Source: Octopus vulgaris
Lineage: Eukaryota
Length of the DNA stretch: 64,000 nt
Assembly: GCA_951406725.2 (NCBI GenBank)
Contig: OX597821.1
Coordinates: forward strand, 11,346,001 to 11,410,000
Direction of reading: 5' to 3'
Position numbers and translations under genes: made by a program. The notes beneath the pieces are model-generated. The model was given only the letters and a program-made list of their open reading frames with translations. It searched no databases and was not told the DNA's origin. Positions within the stretch are counted from its first letter, which is position 1. Each line of letters opens with the position of its first letter. This document shows positions 26,504 to 38,446 of this stretch, in pieces.

Positions 26504-26841
26504 CAGTGCTTCTTAAACTATCTGATGTGGTGTACCGGAAGTTGTTGTTTTTTTTTCAAATATGCCAGAGACCGGTAATATTTCTTAGTAATATTAATTT
26601 ATACCAGAAACAATAAATATAATGAATATAATAAAAGTTGACAACTTCTTTTAAAATTTTATATTTATTTTGTAAACAAGCGCAGGTGTGGCTGTGTGGT
26701 AAGAAGCTTGCTTCCCAACCACATAGTTGCGGTTTCAGTCCCACTGCGTGGTACCTTGGGCAAGTGTCTTCTACTATAGCCTCGGGCCGACCAAATCCTT
26801 GTGAGTGGATTTGGTAGACAGAAACTGAAAGAAGCTCGTCG

Positions 26842-26882
<41 letters not shown>

Positions 26883-29800
26883 TTGTCCCCCTAGCATTGC
26901 TTGACAACCGATGCTGGTGTTTTTACGTCCCCATAACTTAGCGGTTTCGGCAAAAAGAGACCGATAGAATAAGTACTGGGCTTACAAAGAATCAGTCCTG
27001 GGGTCGATTTGCTCGACTAAAGGCAGTGCTCCAGCATGGCCGAAGTCAAATGACTGAAACAAGTAACAGAGTAAAAGAGTAATATTACATAAGCATTTTA
27101 TAATCTTAATCTTTACTAATGTGAAAGATGAGCCTGCTTCTTCTTTGTCGGATTATTCAGCCGTGGTTCAATTGCGGACAATGCCAAGCGCAAAGGAGAA
27201 TGAATATCCATATTATTTCTGTACTTTGTCATAATGACACTCATGGTTGAGAAGCCAGTCTCGCAGAGCTATGTTGAAGGAAATGGGGGAAGAGTTTTCA
27301 TAGCAATTTCACTAAGCTCAGGATATTCTGCTTTGACTTTAATCCAAAAGGAACCAAGTGATGTAGTTTCGAAACTCCTCTTCAATCCTTCGTCAACAGC
27401 AAACTCCAACAATTTATCCTCCATAATAACACTTGAGCCACCTCAGTGGAATAAACGGATTTCGGATCCCTCCATGGATCTTCTTCTGCTGGAAAGTAAA
27501 AGTGAAACCGGTCTGCCAGATTCGTCAAGTGTTTTCTGATGATATTTCGTAGATTGCTACTAACTGACGAAACATGTCATAACAATCTCTTGACACTCGA
27601 CTCTTCCATGCTTCTAGCTTTCATTTCTGTCCGTCGATCTTGCCTGCCATTGTAAAACACGAAACTATCGTTCCCTGCATGGAGCTGTTGAGATTATTAA
27701 AGGTGGCAAACATATCAGCCTAATAAGCCAGCTCGGCTAGCCATTTCACATCTCCGAACAATTGGGATCAATTTGGGTTTTTGTCAGAAGAAACTCGGCA
27801 AGCTCGTTACGTAGCCGAAACATTAGATAAGACTTTCCCCATCGATAACCAGCGTACATTGCATGCAATAGAAGCTGTTTATGATTAGCTCCCATATTAT
27901 CACATGATGCAGTGAATAGTGTCGAATTTAAAGCATTCGCCTTTACATGGTTCACAATTTTTACAACCTCACTGAGCACACTGCTTAGTTCTCTTTTACT
28001 TTTTACTTGTTTCAGCCATTTGACTGTGGCCATGCTGGAGTACCACCCTTAGTCGAGCAACTCGACCCAGGACTTATTCTTTGTAAGCCTAGTACTTATT
28101 ATATAGCTCTCTTTTTGCCGAACCGCTAAGCTACGGGGGCATAAACACACCAGCATCGGTTGTCAAGCGATGTTGGAGGGACAAACACAGACACACAAAC
28201 ACACACACAGACACACACATACATATATACGACGAGCTTCTTTCAGTTTCAGTCTATCAAAGCCACTCACAAGTGCTTTGGTCGGCCCGAGGCTATAGTA
28301 GAAGACACTTGCCCAAGGTACCACACAGTGGGACTGAAACCGCAACCATGTGGTTGGTAAACAAGCTTCTTACCACAAAACCACTCCTGCGCCTACGCCT
28401 ATTGATATTTTTTTTCAGAACTTTCTTTGTCAACGTTCTGTTGACATATTTTTTTTTTTTTTTTTTTTTGCAGAACTTTCTTGGTGAAGGAAGCAGTGCA
28501 TCGATTTGCATTCTGGAGCTTGTGCCCTTATCTGGGTGACAACTCTCAAATTCCGTCCTCTCAGTGCAGCAGCGCCATCAGAACATACGCTTACACAAAA
28601 CTTGAAATCCAACCCACGATGTAGTGAGTCAAAATCTTGAAAATTTCAGAACTAGTTGTTTTTGTTGGTAGTGAAGCAGAGAAAAGAAAAAAAACTTTTC
28701 CTTCAAATCACCTTCATGTTCAAAGTGCACATACACCATCAGAATTGTTTGATTAGCAAAGTCTGTACATTTATCAAGCTGCAAAGAAGAGTACTTTGCT
28801 AAATTAAGCTATCCTGTGAGCTGACCTTCCATATCGTGAGTCAGATCATGAATTCGTCCAGCTACAGTATCATTTGAAAGAGGCACCTGCGCTACTTTCT
28901 TTGCAGCCAACACACCTAGTATTTCCATGTAGACATGTTGAATACAGCCGATCACTAGCGTCTCACCGATTGTGTAAGGCTTTTTAGCCTTAGCAATTCG
29001 AAGTGTTACTTTATAAGAAGCCCGCAAAGTACAAGTACTTATGTGTGACACTTCAAAGACGTTTCTGACAGTCTTTTAAATCAACATGCTTTCTTTCAAA
29101 GAACTCTTTTGGCTTTGAACTAATTTCCTTATGTTTTGTATTCAAATGTCTCTTGAGATTTGATGGCTTCATTGCGTTGTTCTCCACAAATAACAAAACT
29201 GCATTCCCCCCATCATTCGCGGCTACAAAAGCGAATTGAATGTATGAAGCTAGTAGGAATTCCTTTTGTCAGCAATACTTCGGTTTCGTAACATCGCCGT
29301 CATCTGATTCAAAATCGCGTTCAACAACCAGATGTCTCGGTCTGATAAATATGTCCATAGGGCCTCGCTTCGTCATCTGTAAATTGGGGATAAAATTAAT
29401 TAATATTGTCGCAAATATCCGAATGTTTCATCACCACCACCACTTGTTTAATTTATTTTTAATGGAATGAAATATTTTATATTCGCAACAATTATAATTG
29501 AATTTTTTCTTCATTTTTCTTTTTTTTTTGTTTTAGAAAGAAAATTATTACTCTGGAACCTGGTGAACGCGTTGTTCTTAAATTGTAATTAAAAATTAAA
29601 TTTTGAGTTTTTTTAATGTAATGATAATAAAGAAACCATTTGCCACACTTACAGTACACACACTATTACACCCACAATAGCAATACACTTATGCTGTTCA
29701 GTCACTTGAGAAAACGGAACCGGTAGGCAAGGAATTTATTCTTTTATTTGTTTCAGTAAACACACCAGCATCGGTTGTCAAGCGATGTTGGGGGGACAAA

Positions 29801-30896
29801 CACAAACACACAAACATATATATATATATACGACGGGCTTCTTTCAGTTTCTGCCTACCAAATCCACTCACAAGGCTTTGGTCGACCCGAGGCTATAGTA
29901 GAAGACACTTGCCCAAGGAACCACGCAGTGGAACCAGACCTGGAACCATGTGGTTGGGAAGCAAGCTACTTACCACACAGCCACTCTTGGTTAATTAAGA
30001 TTTTTAGTTCTCATAATTTTCGTTAAATTTTATTATTATATTACAAACAGGGTAAAAATGGGGAAGCTAAAATTATTCGTACTTACATTCTCGGATCAGT
30101 GGGTTATGAGAGGGTCCCAAATGACAAATGCGCAGATATCTGTATGATGCTCTCTATTCAACTTCTTGATGGTAACTGCTGGTGACCAGCCTAGTCACAA
30201 GATGCCAAATATCGCCACTCACCAGCGCTCCACTACCTCAACTCACTCCATTTGATCTCTTCACACCACTGGAAACAACTTCTTTTTTACAAGCGCAAAT
30301 ACTGCCGTTGCCAGACTCGCCTGGCCCCTGTGCCGGTGGCACGTAAAAAGCACCATCCGATCGTGGCCGTTGCCAGCCTCACCTGGCCCCTGTGCCGGTG
30401 ACACGTAAAAAGCACCATCCGTCCGTGGCCATTTGCCAGCTCCATCTGGCACCTGTGCAAGTGGCACGTAAAAAGCACCCACTACACTCACGGAGTGGTT
30501 GGCGTTAGGAAGGGCATCCAGCCGTAGAAACATTGCCAGATCAGACTGGGCGTGGTGCAGCCTTCTGGCTTCCCAAATCCCCGGTCGAACCGTCCAACCC
30601 ATGCTAGCATGGAAAGCGGATGCTAAATGATGATGACGACTACACCAGTAAGCTATGATAAATAGAAAATATATTATCATATCACAAATATACTACATTT
30701 ACTTACACAATTTCTACCACGGTCGGTGGGTACCACACTCCACCGGCCAGCTGATAAGCTGTTTACTACTGTGCATAAGGTGAAATTACAAAAATTATGT
30801 CATTGTTTCTTCCTTTTCTGGATACTCGCCGCGTACAGGCAGCTGATGACTCGCGGAATGGCACCAGTCCGTGGGCCACCACTTTGAGTAGCACTG
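26504..30896 (-). mobile_element. Full-length hAT transposon, Buster/Charlie (ZBED5/SCAND3-like transposase), decayed
   Basis: TIRs CAGTGCTTCTTAAACT / CAGTGCTACTCAAAGT and an 8-bp TSD TCCTATAA / TCCAAGAA. Transposase remnant 29376-27116 has ASYKVTLRIAKAKKPYTIGETL, VPLSNDTV, VCSDGAAA, HCFLHQE, LCETGFS and QAHLSH*. Interrupted by SINEs. Confidence 0.9.
30290..30640 (+). mobile_element. SINE-like family B (RTE-type tail, internal ~60-bp tandem units), representative copy
   Basis: (GTGGCACGTAAAAAGCACC) repeats, GGCGTTAGGAAGGGCATCCAGCCGTAGAAAC, tail CCATGCTAGCATGGAAAGCGGA...(TGA)n. Other copies at approximately 35820-36085, 38815-39055, 49065-49365, 52305-52715, 55590-55780, 60775-61150, 62120-62410, 62525-62695 and 62850-63108. 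Confidence 0.8.
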
Positions 30897-33612
30897 TCCA
30901 AGAAGATGCGCTGCAAACCCGGTTAATTTTTGTTACAATCGTAGCAAGTTTAAAACTAAGAAACATCAGAAAATCATTACCGAATTTGTCAAAATATCTT
31001 ACTATTTCGACTTTGGTGCGCTCCTCATAAGGCCTGGTCAATCTGTGTTGAAGAACTAAGACAGGGGATGAAATAGACAAAGAATTCTTTTCGTTTTGGG
31101 GCTCCAATAATATGGAGTGATCCTAAAAATCAGTGATGACTGCTACTTTTCCTCCAGTGAAATGCGGGGACACAATTCGAATAGTGAAAAAAAACATTAT
31201 TTATACAAATCTCAAATCAGTAATGCGACCTACTATCTGCAGATCATATGTTCCAGGCTCATCACCACCAGGAAACCTTGAAGATATACACTTGAGTTTT
31301 GATTCAAAAGGCAGAAATACCAATGATGATAAAGACCTCAATAGCCATGAATGTAAAGAACCTCAGTTATTCAACAAGTGTGAATTAAATGATCGAGTGA
31401 GGGCCTTGAGGCTCGCAAAGAAATAAGCTTAGATTTTGGGTTCAAGATTTGAATTCAAGAATCAAAATGGAACAATGATTGGTGACCATGCGGTGATTTC
31501 AGACAATAAAATGCAATAACGATACTGGACAGATATCCAATTCCGCACTTCATAATTTCACAGCATCCTCAGACAGTTTTTCTAAAATAGATCTAGTAAG
31601 GGCAAACAACCAAATCCCTGAAGAGAAAGACATACCGAAAATAGTTATTACAACATAATTTGGTTATTCGAGTCAGTTAAAATGTCTTTTGGGCTTAAAA
31701 ATGCCACAAACACCTTTCAAAGATTCATTGGCGAAGTCACGAGGAATCTTAATTTCGTTTTTGCCTATGCTGACGATCTATCAATTGCAAAGAGCTTCGT
31801 AAAGTTCACTTACACCAACTTTTCAAAAGGTTTTCCAGATACAAAATTGTCATAAACCCTGCTAAATGTGTCTTTTGATGTAGAAGGTATCTCTTTTTTA
31901 GGTTATTTCGTCGACAATGATGGAATAAGACCACTACCTGAAAAAGGAGAAGCGATAAGAAAGTTCCCAGTTCTGAATTTGTTGCGGAAGCTTAGAGAGA
32001 TCTGGGGACTAAAAAGTATTCATCGATGTTTCATTCCACACTGCACAGATGGCTTACTTCCTCTTATGGAACTATTGAAGAACCGCAAGAAGAATAAAGG
32101 AATTCAACTTAGTACATAAGAATTGCAAGTATTCCAAGACATTAAGTAAAAGTTGGCTGTGTGGTAAGTAGCTTGCTAACCAACCACATGGTTCCGGGTT
32201 CAGTCCCACTGCGTGGCATCTTGGGCAAGTATCTTATGCTATAGCCCCGGGCCGACCAATGCCTTGTGAGTGGATTTGGTAGATGGAAACTGAAAGAAGC
32301 CTGTCGTATATATGTATATATATATATATGTATGTGTGTGTGTTTGTGTGTCTGTGTTTGTCCCCCTAGCATTGCTTGACAACCGATGCTGGTGTGTTTA
32401 TGTCCCCGTCACTTAGCGGTTCGGCAAAAGAGACCGATAGAATAAGTACTGAGCTTACAAAGAATAAGTCCCGGGGTCGATTTGCTCGACTAAAGGCGGT
32501 GCTCCAGCATGGCCGCAGTCAAATGAGTGAAACAAGTAAAAGAGTAAACGTCTTAAACTTGTTCTACTGCATAATGGTAATAAATATGCCCCCACCCCTG
32601 TTTGGACACTCAGTGATCGTGAAGGAATCATGAAAATTTGGCGTCACACTTAGACAAGATTAAATTCAAAGATCACAACTGGATATATTGCCTGCACAAC
32701 TGTTTGGCTGCACAGGGTTTCTGAGTCTCTTGTGCGAATGGTACAGTAGCGCCAGAAACATAGAACGGTCTAAAAGATAATGGCCAAGTAGGGATACGCT
32801 TACACCAGGAACAAATAATATCCTTCAAGAAAGTTTATTTGATCCGAAAAAAGGTTCTTTTGACTCTTCTACATATAAGACTTGGCCCCTTGAAGCAATA
32901 CATAAAAGCTTTGCCGCAGAATAGAGAGGGTTTCATTTATCTACGTAATAAGTTTCCTGCTCTATCAGACACCAAGGTTGAAGAGGGTGTATATAAAGGA
33001 TCAGATATAAGGAAACGCGTCAAAGACGAAAATTTTGAAACTTCTATTAATGATTCTGAAAAAGAAGCATGGATTACTTTTTAAAGAAATGAAGAACATT
33101 TTAGGTAATAACAAGGATCCAAACTACAAAGGCCTAGCGAGAAGAATGCTGGAAATGTTCGAGGCTTAAGGATGTAAAATGAGTTTTAAAGTTCTTTTCC
33201 TACCTGCCCATGTGGATTTCTTTCAGAAAAATCTAGGAGCTGTGAGGGAGAAGCACAAGGAAAGGTATCAAGAAATAAAGGAGATGGAAAGGTGTCAGCG
33301 AAGATAGGGTCAGTATGATGGCCGACTACTGGTGGAGGATGCATCATGAATGTCCACGAGTGAAAGAGTTCCAGGTGTAATTTCCAAGTAAGAAACGAGA
33401 TTCGAGGAGCAGAATAAAAAAAAAATTCTATTTTCTCACCTTTCAATTGTACCAAAAATAATTTTTATTAGATTCATTTTGTCCAACAATGCATGAATTT
33501 ACCTACAAATTATGGTATATTTTATCATTAAATCGTGTGAAATCGTGAGTTAGCACCACATAAATTTATGCAGTAACACAATTATCAAAATATTTCATTT
33601 CGCAGACCTGTG
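30897..33612 (+). mobile_element. Chapaev3-like (CMC) DNA transposon remnant (segments 30897-31470 and 32548-33612; start codon at 26491)
   Basis: MFPRRC..NP.NFCY...ITEFVK, EPQLFNKCELNDRVR, LKLVLLHNGN, KVLLTLLHIRLG.LKQYIKAL, EKEAW.TF, FLGNNK, GCKMS. 3' terminus TTTCGCAGACCTGTG. 5' terminus not resolved (possibly ~25450). Confidence 0.7.
31480..32145 (+). mobile_element. Ty3/Gypsy reverse transcriptase fragment
   Basis: MSFGLKNATNTFQRFIGEVTRNLNFVFAYADD, INPAKC, ISFLGY...GIRPLPEK, FIPHC. No LTRs seen. Confidence 0.85.
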
Positions 33613-33979
33613 TATTCTACCCATACATTATGCTGAGACACCCTTCGGTCATGACTGACCATGGGATTGCACTGGGAAGTTACCCTCCCAGGCACATGTC
33701 CGGGCATGGTAGTTTATGGGAGACCAGTATTCGCCCATGCATACCGGCCTCTCCTCTCTGCGCCACAAGTGTTATCTAAGGGAAAGGCAAAGGTCGATAC
33801 AGCTTGGCACCTGTGACGTCGCAACTCATTTCTACACCTGAATGAACTGGAGCAACGTGAAATTGTTTTGCTCGAGAACACAAGCAGCCTGGTCTGGGAT
33901 TCGAACTCACAACCTCGCGATCGTAACCTCGACGCTCTAACCACTTGATATGACTGAAACAAAGACAAATTGCAGCACA

Positions 33980-34255
33980 GTCATCATCATCATCATTGTT
34001 CGACCGTGGTCGTGACAATGGAATTTACCATGCTACGCCAGACTTCACGGTCCATCATGGCATTACGGAGATCCTGTTGCTGGGTGCCTATATCCCTGGA
34101 GATTACATCAGGGTAGGAGAGTGTGCGCCCTCTGGTATTGCGAGTAGATGGCTTCCAGAGGAGAAGAGTAGAAATTACTTCTTTTTCAGCTCTACAACAA
34201 TGTCCAGCAAACTGGACTCTCCTACCTTTCATTAGAGATGACACAGGTGGTAGCA
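33980..34255 (-). mobile_element. RTE-clade LINE 3' end with (TGA)n tail
   Basis: RRVQFAGHCCR...LLLWKP...RGR...DREVWR, then TGATGATGATGA. Confidence 0.8.
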
Positions 34256-34520
34256 CAGTCATAAACATGTTTAAGAACATAAATGACGAGTCTAAAGTTC
34301 AGTTCTTACAATTTGATATCGTGGACTCTTACACTTCGCTGGAAAAAGCAATTAAGCTCATTCGAAAATACGTCTCCATTAATCATACAGAATTTGAGTT
34401 CCTCATGCATGAACGTAAGACCCTCTTTTTTTAATAAGAATTCAACCTGGATCAAGAAATCTGAATCAAATGAACTGCTTGTTGTATCGATGGGTTCGTA
34501 TGATAGTGCTGACATGTTAT
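34255..34520 (+). mobile_element. Penelope-like element RT fragment
   Basis: QFLQFDIVDSYTS...RKTLFF...WIKK...VSMGSYDSAD resembles the PLE RT motifs FDIxxFYPS...WxKK...VTMGSYDGAE. Confidence 0.65.
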
Positions 34521-35279
34521 CTAGTTGGGCTTTTGACTGCGGCCATGCTGGAGCAATACCTTTAGTCGAGCAAATCGACCTCAGGACTTATTTTTTGTAA
34601 GCCTTAGTACTTCTTTCGGTCTCTTATGCCGAACTGCTAAGTTACGGAGACGTAAACATAACAACATCGGTTGTCAAGCGATGTTGGGGGACAAACACAA
34701 ACATATATAGATACATATATACGACGGGCTTCTTTCAGTTTCCGTCTACAAATCCACTCACAAGGCTTTGGTCGGCCCGAAGTTATAGTAGAAGACACTT
34801 GCCCAAAGTACCACGCAGTTGGACTGAACCCGGAACCATGTGGTTGGTAGGCAAGCTACTTACCACACAGTCACTATACACAAATGATGTTTTAGGGATA
34901 TCTGACAGCATTGATGATCATAAAGTAGATACCTTAGGGAAAGCCTCACACCCATCTTTAGCAGTATAGTTGTTAAAATTACAACAGCTATCTCACTAAA
35001 GCTGACTTCTGAGACGCTTTATTTGACGGAGATTTAAACACAAAACCCTACCATAAACTATATGAAATAATATATCTTAATGTTTTTTTTTTATTTACGA
35101 TTTCCTAAGTGTAGCCAGGTTATTTAAACCGAAATGATTGTTGGATCGTGCGCGGTACAGGATACAAACTCGTCCGAGTACTCCTTGTTCCGAACATGAA
35201 ACTTGAAGTAGATCACATACAAGTCCTGTATTCACAGAATTGAGTGCTTATTTTATTTATTTCTATTTTTTTGATGCAG

Positions 35280-35758
35280 ATCCTCTCAACAAGGAAACAA
35301 ACACACACACCAAGGTTAGTTATATAGTTAAACCAGAAGCTAAATGGATAGACAAATACAGATACACAGACAGGTCGACAAAGAGAGGCAGAATAATTTT
35401 AAGATATCAGATCTCAACAAAAATCTGAACAAGATTTTAAGAATCACAATTTCAGCTTTTCATTAACGTTGTACAACGATGTTTCCAATCTAACACAGAG
35501 GTAATCATTTAATTTTGTCCTAAAATTTTCTTTATTTCTTTACAAATGTTCAAAAATAACCATAAAATATTCATCAGAGATTTTTTTTTAAATGCTTTTG
35601 GTTTTATTTCAAAGATTATATAGAAAAATTATAAACTTAAGAAGAAAAAAAAACAGTAGATGAGATAAAATTTATGTAATTTGCGAAAACAGAAAATGAT
35701 TCCAATCAGTGTTTTATGACAAGAACTATATTCATATAAACGATTTTTTAAAAATTGT

Positions 35759-35809
<51 letters not shown>

Positions 35810-38226
35810 CAGTATAATACTGGCTGGCTTCCGTGCCGGTGGCACGTTAAAAGCACCAACCGATCGTGGCTGATGCCAGACCCCGCTGGCACCTGTGCAG
35901 GTGGCACGTAAAAAGCACCCACTACACTCGTGGAGTGGTTGGTGTTAGGAAGGGCATCCAGGTGTAGAAACACTGCCAGATCAGACTGGAGCCTGGTGCG
36001 GCCCCTGGCTTCCCAGACCCCGGTCGAACCGCCCAACCCGTGCTAGTGCGGAAAACGGACGTTTAACGATGATGATGATGATGAATACAATCAATTTTTT
36101 TTCTCTGTGCGTGTTATATACATAATTTTCGATGTATGAGACAGTAAACTTCAAACAGGGAAATATGCAACAAACCAGAAAATTTAGTAATAAATAATGC
36201 AATTTTGAAAATAACGAGGGTAAGACTCATTTATTACTATCGCATGATGTCAAGACAAAGAAACAGAATCTGTTACACACACACACATTAGCATGCACAC
36301 ATGTGTGTCTATGTAAACACACACATTGGGCTTTTAGTTTCCATCAACCAAATTCACTCACAAGGGTTTGGTTGGCCCAGGGCTATATTTAAAGACACTT
36401 GCCAATATGCCCCACAGTTGGACTGAACCTGGAACCACATGGGTAGAAAGGGAAATTCTTTACCATGCACCCATGGCTGTCTTTGTTTTATTCTAAAAGT
36501 TCCATTGTTAACAGCTTTTAAATTTCAGTTTGATTATACATGTATGTGTGTGTGTCATGTGTGTATGTGTAAAAGACAAAAATATTAAAAAAAAAACAAT
36601 ACCAAATTCATTAACAAGGAAAGCAAAAGCAGTAATGAATTGTGGAAGCACTCCGTCGGTTCCGACGACGAGGGTTCCGGTTGATCCGAATCAACGGAAC
36701 AGCCAAACAGCCTGCTCGTGAAATTAACATGTAAGTGGCTGAGCACTCCACAGACACGTGTACCCTTAACGTAGTTCTCGGGGATATTCAGCGTGACACA
36801 GAGAGTGACAAGGCCGGCCCTTTGAAATACAGGTACAACAGAAACAGGAAGTAAGAGTGAGAAAGTTGTGGTGAAAGAGTACAGCAGGGATCACCACCAT
36901 CTTCTGCCGGAGCCTCGTGGAGCTTTTTAGGTGTTTTCGCTCAATAAACACTCACAACGCCCGGTCTGGGGATCAAAACCGTGATCCTATGACCGCGAGT
37001 CTGCTGCCCTAACCACTGGGCCATTGCGCCTCCACACACACACATGTATATATATATATATATAGGAAAGCAGAGCATTACTTTTGTCCTGTGTACGTGA
37101 TGGCTTCTCCAATTTACGTGCCACAATAAAATGCACCCCCTGTGCTAATTAAAATCGTTGTTAGGAATGACATCTAATCATAGAAACAATGTCTACAATT
37201 TAGAAAATGAAATTACTGATCATCTGACCTGGACTGAGGCAATTTGTGCTGCAACTGATGGAAGGCTAACCTGAATGTGATTCTGATATGATCATGTTTG
37301 TGTGTGTGTGTGTGGGGCTGATATATATCTGGGGGAAAAAATTAACAACCACCTAGTATAAACTGCTTTCATTTCGTTCAATTATACTTAAAATAGATTA
37401 TAAAAAATAAAAATGCAATTATGATGATGAAGATGTACAGTTCGATTAATTACCAGAATTAATTACAAGAAGTTAAAATTATGAAGTTATAGTTCTTTAG
37501 GTCCATTTGTTTTGCTTGATTTTTTTCTTTTTTAACATTCTTGTTATATTAATAATAATACCACAGTGATAAATATTGATGTAACAACTTGTGTTTAACT
37601 ACATCGATGAATTTAACATATGAATGTAACAAAGGAACTGAACAGTAATATCAAATACACACAAGAAAATCTCTGGATTTGCAACTGAAAATAAATGGAA
37701 GTTTCATATGAAGAATATTGATGAAAATTCTTTAATAAAAAAATATAGAAACTGTTCTTGCATTGTACTATTGCCTTGATAGCTTATATATAACAACTTT
37801 CTTGTTGTCATTGCAGCTGAAGACATTAACGAAAGCTTCTAGGCTGGCAATATTCTCCGCAAATCAGGTATGCTTATATGCAGATACATATACGTGATTC
37901 TGCTATTATAAGCATATTGAAGTCGTCACCATTTTACGTCTGCTTTTCTATTATGGCATGGAGTCAGGTAGGGAACAAGCCAGTGCTTATTCGAACTGAC
38001 AGCCCTTTTAGTGCACGTGCCACACCTTGCACGTCTGTTCCATTTTTAGAATATCTTTTATGGGTGAATTCTCCCATTGCCAATCACTTAGATGAATGTA
38101 CTCAGTATGTTTTGCCATAACACAAGACATTCTGGCATGCCTTTGGCCAGACTAGTTGATACTTTTTTGCTGTGTTGTATCTCATCAAAGACATTACAAC
38201 TTCTTTTATAAGGATACCACAATAAA
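35280..38226 (+). other. Putative spliced micro-exon transcript convergent with FBXL6 (candidate exons 35280-35314, 35456-35500, 37817-37867, 38050-~38240)
   Basis: Four non-repetitive segments, each preceded by a pyrimidine-rich AG. The first three end in donors gttagt, gtaatc and gtatgc. One frame is open across all four (DPLNKETNTHTK-LFINVVQRCFQSNTE-LKTLTKASRLAIFSANQ-NIFYG*), and AATAAA sits at 38221. No homology recognised. Confidence 0.4.
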
Positions 38227-38319
38227 TACACCTAGAACATTCTGTAAAACTATGAGGAATGTATGCAAGGATTTCCTCTCAACATGCCAGCATATATATG
38301 TACATACAGCATGAAGATC

Positions 38320-38446
38320 TCAAAGAAGTCTCTTGCGTAAGTCTTGAATTTCTTTATCAATATGAAGTCGCTTAATTCCTCTGGGTAACTCACGGCAATA
38401 AGAAATGTTGAGGTATTTCATATGTTGTAGCGTCTTGAGGAGTAAC
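38320..38446 (-). CDS. FBXL6: FBXL6 terminal exon (LLLKTLQHMKYLNISYCRELPRGIKRLHIDKEIQDLRKRLL*)
   Basis: tcttctcccag acceptor, TGA stop at 38322-38320, family-typical CRxLPRGxKR. Confidence 0.92.

Noticed and set aside
27116-29376. Domesticated ZBED5/SCAND3-like host gene
   Set aside because: Multiple stops, frameshifts and a SINE insertion, with TIRs and TSD still present; it is a dead transposon.
30320-30480. Regularly spaced GTGGCACGTAAAAAGCACC repeats resembling a CRISPR array
   Set aside because: The spacers are homologous to each other, the unit is internal to a dispersed eukaryotic repeat family, and there are no cas genes.
35315-37816. snoRNA-host interpretation of the plus-strand micro-exons
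   Set aside because: I found no convincing C box (RUGAUGA) / D box (CUGA) pair with a terminal stem, and no H/ACA structure, in the introns.
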